The notes under the pieces: generated by a model | What the model was told of the DNA's origin: nothing | Seen by the model: only the letters and a program-made list of their open reading frames with translations | Databases searched by the model: none | Shown: one piece after another, positions 52,887 to 64,000 of the stretch | Layout of the letters: each line of letters starts with the position of its first letter | How positions within the stretch are numbered: position 1 is the stretch's first letter | Origin: the human T2T-CHM13v2.0 reference genome, Homo sapiens | Direction: 5' to 3' (one strand) | Assembly (NCBI RefSeq): GCF_009914755.1 | Contig: NC_060934.1 | DNA length: 64,000 bases | Translations under genes and position numbers: made by a program

Positions 52887-53177
52887 TAATTATTCTATTT
52901 GCAGTTGAAGAAATATAAAAATTCTTAAAAACAGCCTCTGTTTAGAAGAATAAAAATAAAGAACCTAAGATAGTGTTCATCAAATGGACTCTGGGTAGTA
53001 TTCCTGGGCAGCCTGCTTCTATGTGAGTTTATAATTTTGTTTTTAGAGAACAATGGCCAAATAACAACACGCTGTACGAATGAAGGCTAGTACTATTAAT
53101 AGAAAAAATAGTGAAAAGATTGAGCTGTCCTACTATACACCACAGTACAGGTATGTTAAATTCTAACGAACCTTCAT

Positions 53178-53485
53178 CCAGATGTGGTAATTACATGCCT
53201 GTAATCCCAGTACTTTGGGAGGCCAAGGCAGGTGGATCACTTGAGCTCAGGAGTTTGAGACCAGCATGGGTAACATGGCAAGACCCAGTGTCTCAGCCAA
53301 AAAATATAAAAAATTAGCCCAGTGTGGTGGCATGCACCTGTGGCACATGCCTGTAACATTATACTAAAACCAAGTAAACTCTAGCAGAACTTGAGATTTT
53401 TTTCCAGCTACTCAGGAGGCTGAGGCATGAGAATCGCTTGAGCCAGGGAGGTGTAGGTTGCAGTGAGCTGAGATCGTGCCACTGC
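53178..53485 (+). mobile_element. AluJ-like element, 3'-truncated, carrying a foreign 53-bp insert
   Basis: Alu sequence resumes after the insert and stops at gccactgc without a tail. Confidence 0.88.
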
Positions 53486-53793
53486 GATCTGATGTTCTAT
53501 ATAAGGATCCCATCTTTGTATCCACCAACATCCATCAACTGTTCATGATTAGTAGGAAAAGTAATAATTGCAAAATAATTTCTTCTTTATGTAGTATTTT
53601 AAAGAATTTCTCAGCATACTATTTTGGGGTTTGGATCAGCGGTTTGAAAATTTCTGTGCAAAAAAAGGAATAATGACTACAAATTGTTTTCACTGTGATA
53701 ATAAATACAAATCAAATGATGGTTCATTATACCTGAAATTTTAAAAAAAATCACACTGATATAGCTGTATAAGCACTACAGGTATAAGGAGTT

Positions 53794-54091
53794 AGCTGGG
53801 AGCAGTGACTCATGCCTATAATCCCAGCCAGCACCTTGGGAGGCCAAGGCCAGGTGGATCACTTGAGCCCAGGAGTTGGAGACCAGCCTAGGGAACACAG
53901 AGAAACCCCGTCTCTACAAAAAACTAAAATAAACAAAATTAGTCTGGGCATGGTGGCACACACCTGTAGTCCCCGCTACTCAGGAGGCTGAGATGAGGAT
54001 CGCTTGAGTCTGGGAAGCAGAGGTTGCAGTGAGCTGTGATCACCCCACTGCACTCCACCCTAGGTGATGGAGCAAGACCCAGCCTCAAATT

Positions 54092-54107
<16 letters not shown>
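53794..54107 (+). mobile_element. Alu (AluJ-like)
   Basis: Full dimer with poly(A). Confidence 0.92.
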
Positions 54108-54154
<47 letters not shown>

Positions 54155-54301
54155 TATATATGTATATACATGTATATATATACACATATATATACATATA
54201 TACGTATATATACGTGTATATATATACACATATATACATATATACGTACATATATACGTATATATATACATGTATATATATACACATATACGTATATATA
54301 T
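54108..54301. repeat. Compound (TA)n/(CA)n/(TATACA/TATACG) alternating purine-pyrimidine repeat
   Basis: Direct reading, about 190 bp. Confidence 0.95.
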
Positions 54302-54409
54302 GGAGTTTATATTTAGTTGTATGTTTGCATACACATAATTAACATTATACTAAAACTAAGCAAACTCTAGCAGAACTTGAGATTGTTTCCATTTAAAGGG
54401 TTTGCTTTT

Positions 54410-55047
54410 TGTAGCTGTGAGCCTGAGTGGTTAGCGTATTGCTGGTATTGCTGGAGGCAGGGTTGATCCCTCACCTGATACTTGTGTTCAAGACAATCTA
54501 AATTGTGTTAGGGAAGGGACTGACTGTACTCATGGCTAACCTGAAATATTAAAATAAGGCTGCCCCTAAAACCTTCTTAGTCACACAGGATCCCTGTAGC
54601 CAAAACAGTATATGTTCCAGCTGCAGAGAGCAGACTGCTCTCAGCTTGCACAGCACCTTAGGTGTGGGAAGAATATATGGATAGGGAATGGGGTGGAGAA
54701 AGAAGGACGGAAATGTTGTCACCCAGGTGGTTTTAGGGTCTAAGGAGTGGAAAAGGATGGCACTGGGGAGGTCTTCATGGATCTGTGTAGGAGTTCCCTG
54801 TAGATAAATTACTGATCCCCCATCTACTATCCCCAGTATGTAATGGCTGAATTAATACGTAATCAACTGCATTGTATCTAAAGCCTTAGAACTAGTCAGG
54901 TGCTCCTCCCACCTAATACCATTTCTTACCCCGTAATCCTACCTGATTTTTAACAAACCATTAATAATTCTAATGATAATCTCTATTTTGTTTTGTTTTT
55001 TTGTAACTGTTTTAAATAAATCAATTTGTACTGTAAAAAAGAAAAAT
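54410..55047 (+). pseudogene. Candidate 5'-truncated retrocopy of an unidentified mRNA 3' UTR
   Basis: AATAAA at 55015-55020, A-tail starting 14 nt later, imperfect 15-bp TSD aaagggtttgctttt / aaacagtctgctttt at a TT/AAA site; no ORF or recognisable repeat. Confidence 0.6.
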
Positions 55048-55908
55048 AAACAGTCTGCTTTTCTTTTCTTTTTTTAAAAAAAGAGCCCATTAGAAGATTG
55101 AGAAACACTGTCCCCAAGGAATAAAGCCTTCAAAATACATTATGATATAACATATCAATGTTTTCCATGTAAAGAAAAAAAACAGGAGCTACAGAAAGGT
55201 ATAGAAAGTTTAACAATAACTTGCAAGTATCAGTAGAAAATATTAAGAAAGCTGAGAAACTATATACAACAAATTAAGTCTCTGAAAGAAAATAAAACTC
55301 ATTTTCATAGAAGTATAAAAAATTCTGTCACTGTTTATATTTATAAAAACATGAAAAGTTTTCATGGCTATAGTGCCCCCAAATATAAATATATATATAT
55401 ACACACACACTCTCACTCATATTTTAGATATTAGAAAAACAATCTACTAGTTACCCTTGCAGTCATAAATGAAATATAAATATATCAAAAATAAATTATT
55501 GCCAAAATATAAGATTAATAAATTATTAAACTGCTAGGAGCTATATTAAGGGCAATAAAAACCAGAATGCTTAACATATACTTTAATCATTGGGAAACTC
55601 AGCTTCCCTTTGGGCAAATATTGCTGAAGTCATAATTCTTTCCTGATTTACTTTTAAAGATATTTCAGAAACATGATAATTTTAAAACAAAAAAAAGAAA
55701 GAGAAGCTTGCACTGAAGGAAATTGGATGGGGAATCAAGAAACAGAGGTATTATTCCTGGTTCTCCAAATTATTCTGTGTGGCTCCAGGCAAGGCATTTG
55801 CAACTCTCAGTTCTTCTCATTTCCTAGTAGAATGTCTCTAAGGGGCCTTCCTTAGTGCCAGGAAGCAAGCATTTTGCATCTAAACAATGTTGCTACCTGA
55901 GTCTATTA

Positions 55909-56097
<189 letters not shown>

Positions 56098-56164
56098 CTA
56101 AGTTGTTTTGCATCACAGAATCAAAGGTCAAACAAGCAAGTACCAAACCATTTTTCAGAGACTA

Positions 56165-56461
<297 letters not shown>

Positions 56462-57158
56462 TCACCTCCATTCAACCAGGTCCAAGTCACCAGATATAGT
56501 ATATATTCTAGCTCCATATCCCCTAGGAATCCTTCCTTGCCTCAGCTTTTACTAAGTGTTTCCTATCCTTCTCCCTAACTCCAGCTGTTGCTAGACACAT
56601 CTAGCCCCCATAAAACCCTTTCTAAAGAACTCCCAGGCTTCTAATGCTATAACGCCTATACTCTGATTCTAAGTGTCATCCTGATTTTCATATACGTTCT
56701 TATCAAAACACCATTCATTCCAAACAAATCTTAAACAACACTTAAAATTCCTTAAACATAGCAAATTCATTTTCATATTTATATGCCTGTATACATACTA
56801 CTGTGGCCTCTCTTTTTAATACCACTACTACCAATTGCCACCTCCCCCACTGTATCTGGTTAAATCTCTATTGTCACCTTCATAGCTCTGCCAGATTTTC
56901 ATTATCTTTATGAAGTCTTTAGAAACTTCAAAGTAGTCAGCTATTTATCTTGTTTTGTTAGATTATTATCATGCTAGAGCACACTTGTCTTCCTCTCCCT
57001 CACTAGATCCCAAACTTCCTGAAAATAACCATATTAACTTTGTATTCTGAATATGTAAGATAGAACCTGGTATGTGTACATGTGTACGTGTACACATGCA
57101 AATATATATATACACACATATGCTACTATAATAACTATTAAGTAAATGTTTGAGGAAG

Positions 57159-57824
57159 TGGTACAGTAGGTAGCCAGTCAGACATGAGCAGGGCAGGACA
57201 GGGCCCCTACCACTACCAGGAATGTCAGACAACCCTCAAGTGATGCACAGGGAGTTGTGAAACTGCCTCTGTAAAATAATTGGAAGCAGCCGGCGCCAGG
57301 GAAAGGAGTCACCCAATAGATAGAAAAATCTGAAATTGGTGATCAGCAGCTTCCTGTTAAGATCTTAGGAGTTGGGCAAGTCAGCTCCAGCATGTGTACT
57401 AGGGAGCAAAATGGCAAAGTTTAACTGGTATATGACCTTATAAGAACACTCAACTGGTAAGGGAAGAATACCTCAAGCAAGCATATGTACAACTCCAGTA
57501 ATCACACCGCGCATGCAGACAGCCCATCTCAAGGGAAGAATCAGGGGAGAAGGGGACACAACCCCCTGGAAGCATGCCAACATATAAAACCTCAAGTCAA
57601 AGGTCAAACTGTGTACTTGATCTCTCAAGTCGCCCGCTTGGCCCTCTTCCAAGTGTACTTTACTTCCTTTCATTCCTGCTCTAAAGCTTTTTAATGAACT
57701 TTCACTCCTGCTCTAAAACTTGCCTTGGTCTCTCATTCTGCCTTATGCCTCTCAATCAAATCCTTTCTTCTAAGGAGGAGTATTAACATTGCTGCAGACC
57801 CATATAGATTTGCCACTGGTAAGA
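57159..57824 (+). mobile_element. ERV1 solo LTR (MER50-like)
   Basis: tg.tacagtaggtagc.agtcagacatgagcagggcagg start; TATA-like catataaaa; TSD gaag/gaaa. Confidence 0.8.
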
Positions 57825-58156
57825 GAAAGAGATTATGGTTTAAAGTTTAACATTATGCCTATTCTGGATATTTCATATAAAAGAAATCATATAATATGTG
57901 GCCTTTTGTGTCTGGCCTTTTTCACTTAGCATAATGTTTTCAAGATTAATCCATGTGGTAGTATGTATGAGTACTTCACTGCAGAGCATAATCACATAAA
58001 TATATAATTTCACTTGTAATATGTTATGAATACGAGGAACACTGTGTTATGAGACCAGCTCAGATTTAGTTTATCTGGTAAACTTAGGTAAGGCTTCCTT
58101 GAGGAAGTGGCAACTGAGCTTAACTCTAAAGGCTAAAAAATTAACAAGGAAAAGGG

Positions 58157-59295
58157 TGAAACAAAAATAAAATTCTAAGCCCCGCAACCAACTGAATGGG
58201 CCCCTCCCTCAGCCAAGGGCATTCTAAAGCAAACCCCATACACTAGTTCAGGCCATGATGGGAACGGGTGGTTGGACATGCTTCATTATACCTTCCTCCC
58301 TTTGAAATTTAGATGTGACTGACCAGCATTAACATTAAAACAGGTACTTTAAGACTGACAAGGCAGACTCTTTATAGCAATTAAGATACCAACATGACAG
58401 ATACCAAGCTCTGAAAGAAACGGAAGTATTTTACCCCAAAATGTATTTATTTGAAATATTTTGAAATGGCCCTGCTAAACTGTGTCTTGTGGGTAAAATC
58501 TACATTGTGTAGAGCAAGGGTCCCCAACCCCCCGGAATCCAGACAGGCATGGACTAGGGGTCTATGGCCTGTTAGGAACCAGGCTGCATAGCAGGAGGTG
58601 AGCAAGGCTGAGCTCTGCCTTCTGTCAGGTCAGTGGCAACATCAGATTCTCATAAGACGAAGAACCCTATTATGAACTGTGCATGGGAGGGATCTAAGTT
58701 GCACACTCCTTATGAGAATCTAACAAATGCCTGATGATCTGAGGTGGAACAGTTTCATTCTGAAACCATCCCCCAACCCATGGAAAAATGGTCTTCCATA
58801 AAACTGGTCCCCGGTGCCAAAAAGTTGGGGACTGCTGCTGTAGAGAATCCCCTTCCCTTTCCAGGTCTTCCCTGATCCAGTCCAGGAGAGAAGTAATGAA
58901 GCATCTGGTAAGAGCTCTGAAGCCTGTTACCTACAAGCATCAACTGCATGATAAAACCTTGGTCTTTAGAAACCCTTCTTAACCCAGACATCCCTTTCTA
59001 TTGATTCCAGGTCTTTAGATAATAACCCTTTTAACCAATTGCCAAGCAGAGAATCTATGACCTGGAAGCCCCTTTCGAGTTGTCCTGCCTGCTGGACCAA
59101 ATCAATATGCATCTTACATGTATTGATTGACGTCTTATACCTCTCTAATACATATAAAACCAACCTATAGCCTGACCACCTTGGGCACATGTACTCAGAT
59201 CTCCTGGGGCGGTGTCACAGGCCATTGGTCACTCATATTTGGCTCAGAATAAATTTCTTTAAATATTTTACAGAGTTTGACTCTATTCACCAACA
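58157..59295 (+). mobile_element. ERV1 solo LTR, MER4 family, interrupted by MER1B
   Basis: Homologous along its length to 14236-15025. Confidence 0.85.
58515..58837 (+). mobile_element. hAT-Charlie DNA transposon (MER1B-like)
   Basis: TIRs caagggtccccaacc / gttggggactgctg; 8-bp TSD gtgtagag / ctgtagag. Confidence 0.88.
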
Positions 59296-59361
59296 TTCCT
59301 TAAAAAGGGAAGAACTATGGAAAGAAGACTGTCAAACAGGCAGCTTCGTAAAAACATCTAC

Positions 59362-60643
59362 TGAGACAGAGCAGGGAGCCCTCTTAGGGGCCTGCCAGGA
59401 GTGCCCTCAAGCAAGGAAATAAAAGAAAATCTCGAATCCCTTTGTTAGGAATAATGCTCAAAATCCTAAGGAAATTGAACACTTGAACAAAGGATTCTTA
59501 GCAAAGCAATTTTACTTCTGCACAGAGGAGTGCCTCCTTGGCCAGTCGCCATGAGAGCACACCTGAACAAAGGGGCACAAGAGCCTTTATTCCTGATGCA
59601 AGTCCTGCCCCTGTACCCTTTCCCCATTGGCTGGGGTCGGGTCGTACAATCTAAACTAATTCCGGTTAGCTAAACATTTGATTTTTTTAGATAAGGTGGG
59701 CATGTGAAAGAAAGCGGAGAGGAAAGGGGAAGGCATGTCTGTAATAAGCTAGAAAGTTAGTTCTCTTTCCAAATAAGGAAAGGAATGTGAGCTGGTATTG
59801 ATAATGCTTGGTACTGTGACGTGCCTGGGCATCTAACAAAGGCAAAATGGAAGAAAGGAGAAAAAGGAAAAAAGGAAGGGGGGCACTATGAATTAAAGAA
59901 TAAAAGACTGATCAGGTTATTTGAAGAGAAACCTCATCATATCTGAAAGCTTCAAGGGAAATTCCAGGCACCTATCTAGCCTTGAGAAGTAAATGAGCCA
60001 CCAGATAAGCAAGGAGGTAATAACAGCTTAAACCAATAGCCACTCATGGAAGTCAGAGCCACAAGATGTGTTGCTCCCTATAGAAAATAAAGATAACATC
60101 TTGACATAGGTCCCTGAGTTATTTTTCAGAAACTCAGACCCCCGCCAAATGGAAAGTGCCAACCACCATCATCACATAAGGGGGAACTGAAGACTGAACT
60201 CTGACTGACGTTCTTCATTCTAAATTTCTTCCTGAGGGGCCTGGAGACAGTGACACCCACATGCCAAACCTTAACATTCCTTTCTGCTGATCCCAAGTTT
60301 CTAGGCAAAGCCTTGCTTCCTTAACCAATCGCAAATCAAAGAATCTCCGAATCCTGCAACCCCACTTCAAGATATCCTGCCTTTTGGGACCAAACCAATA
60401 TATAACCCCCACGTATTGATGTATGATTTTGCCAATAACTTCTGCTTTCCTAGAATATATCTCTGCCTTTAAAAAATCTTGCTTGTAAGCCATTGGGGAG
60501 GTCAGGTTTTAAGCAATAGCTATCTTATTCTACTTGCTTGGTGCCCTGCAAACAAACACCCCTACTTCTCTTGCTACAGACGTCAGTGTCGGTGTTTGGC
60601 TTTACTGCACTGGGTGAGTGTACTCAGGTTCAGTTTAGTAACA
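59362..60643 (+). mobile_element. ERV1 solo LTR (MER39-like) interrupted by an LTR10-like element
   Basis: tgagacagagcagggagccctcttagggg start; ...tccctt | caagggaaattccaggcacct continues across the insert; ends gtaaCA. Confidence 0.7.
59443..59948 (-). mobile_element. ERV1 solo LTR (LTR10/LTR10B-like), sense to PARG
   Basis: Reverse start gatatgatgaggtttctcttcaaataacctgatc, end ...gagcattattcctaaCA; TSD cctt/gctt. Confidence 0.7.
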
Positions 60644-60668
60644 CCGCAACTTAAGAAAAATAAACCTG

Positions 60669-61151
<483 letters not shown>

Positions 61152-61328
61152 CTATGAAAAAGGCTTGAGGAACTCCAACAACACTTACTTGTCACATACA
61201 GAAGAACAGCCTAAAAGGAAAATAAGAATTGGCTAAGGAGGAAGAAAGAAATTTAGGATTATATTGTGTCACGGAGCCAAAGGATGAGTATATTCCAAGG
61301 AGAAAAGAAATGTCTATGGAGTCAAATG

Positions 61329-62142
<814 letters not shown>

Positions 62143-62195
62143 CTAAGTGCAATTTCAGATTGCCTTACATTTCTAAAGCTAAATGTTGGTTTTAT

Positions 62196-62443
62196 TTTTA
62201 AGAAACAGGGTCTTACTCTGTCATCCAGGCTAAACTGCAGGGCTCAAGTAATCCTTCTGCCTTAGCCTCATAAGTAGCTAGGACTACAGGCATGTGCCAC
62301 CATGCCTGGCTAATTTTTTAACTTTTTGTACAGATGGGCTCTGCCTATGTTGCCCAGGCTAGTCTTGAACTCCTGTCCTCAAGTAATCCTCCTGCCTTGG
62401 CGTCCTAAAGTGCTGGGATTACAGGTGTGAGCTATCATGCCCA
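62196..62443 (-). mobile_element. Alu (AluJ-like, internally deleted)
   Basis: Reverse Alu. Confidence 0.85.
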
Positions 62444-63187
62444 ACTTTCATTTTACTATTTCAAAATCTGTAACTATTAACATCTGGAATCTTAATAATG
62501 TAACTAAACACTGCTATTAAGTAACTGTTAATTACATTTATATCTTATTATCATATTCAGGAATAAGAATCTAGAAGAAAATACAACAAACTGTTAAACT
62601 CTGGGAATAAGACTGACAGACGGGTTTTCTGAGTTACATGCTTTCATATAATAGTTGTGTATTTTTTACAATAGTCTTGCATTGCTGTTGTAATAAAATA
62701 GAAGATTTTAAAAACTCAAGGGTCCTGGGTATCTAAGAAAGAAACATTAACTATAGAGATTATTTGATGGTAGAGATGGTAGATATTAGAGAGATATAAT
62801 GACGGTACAGGATGGTTTGGGTTTTCTTTGTGGGAGGGTGGGAGAGAGGAGGAAGAGAAAAAGCTAAAATATCACTTAACACCCTCTGTCCATCTTTTCT
62901 CCAGTTCCTCACCATTAACATCATCTCAGTAATCCAGACTAAGAACCTTAATTTTACATGCATTATCAACAACTCCTTTTTATTTGTCACCCATATTTAG
63001 GAATTCACCATATTCTATCAATTTTACCTCATAATAATGCAACCTTCTATTTTCTTTTTTATCCCCATGATTATTATCTCAGTGATTTTCAAGCTTTTTA
63101 AAATAGCAGAATCCCTTTTTTCCCTAAGAAATTTGACATAAAGTCATTTAAAGTCACACCAAAGCTATTTTTAGAAATACAGTTTTT

Positions 63188-63575
<388 letters not shown>

Positions 63576-64000
63576 TTAGGGATGAGAGTTAAAGCTTACA
63601 TCAATCTACCATTTAGTTTACATTTATCTCTCTTACACATTATTAAGAAAATCCTGATTCATCCATCTATACAGTTGCAAATGGTAACATTTTACAAACT
63701 TTATTTTGATATTAAGCTAACTCTTCAGATGAATGGTAGCAAGGGAACCTTGGCTCTGTGGTCTGCACAAAAATGGGTTATCTTGGCAAAAACAGCTGGT
63801 TCAAATGTGGAATTAAGCATCTTCAAATTTGATTGTGCAGTTCTTTTTTAACAAGTTTTTCACTGTTAAAAATATAATTTAGAAATGAAATTTGCATCAA
63901 ACTTCAAAAGAACCCCTGAAGCACCTCTATGTGGCACAATTCGGTACATACTGTTACCTTACTTAACTCTTATCTGGGCTCTTACATTACCTCTCCTGTT

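Noticed and set aside
53047-53150. Exon-like unit on the + strand (ttttag|AGA...CAG|gtatgt)
   Set aside because: Stops in all three frames, antisense to PARG, and no partner exons identified
53939-54342. Tyr/Ile-rich ORFs in five frames
   Set aside because: Translations of the TA-rich microsatellite

Overview
Primate (human-like) AT-rich, repeat-dense genomic DNA. The window lies inside the PARG gene (poly(ADP-ribose) glycohydrolase; 10q11.2 from prior knowledge), transcribed from the minus strand. Six consecutive coding exons (canonical exons 5-10, about residues 486-690, the N-terminal part of the catalytic domain) have GT-AG boundaries and join into one uninterrupted reading frame matching human PARG as I recall it. 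The near-identical segmental-duplication paralog PARGP1 cannot be excluded without alignment. The rest is intronic: about 35 Alu elements or fragments, old L1/L2 pieces, MaLR and ERV1 solo LTRs, hAT DNA transposons, microsatellites and a full-length RPL35A processed pseudogene. I found no evidence of a new protein-coding system. The best leads are a cluster of candidate poison/terminal exons in intron 9, an unidentified TSD-flanked polyadenylated retrocopy next to a templated 53-bp insertion in intron 6, and a nested LTR cluster in intron 4 with a sense-oriented LTR10-like promoter just upstream of exon 5. Repeat subfamily names come from remembered consensus sequences, and repeat boundaries are approximate.
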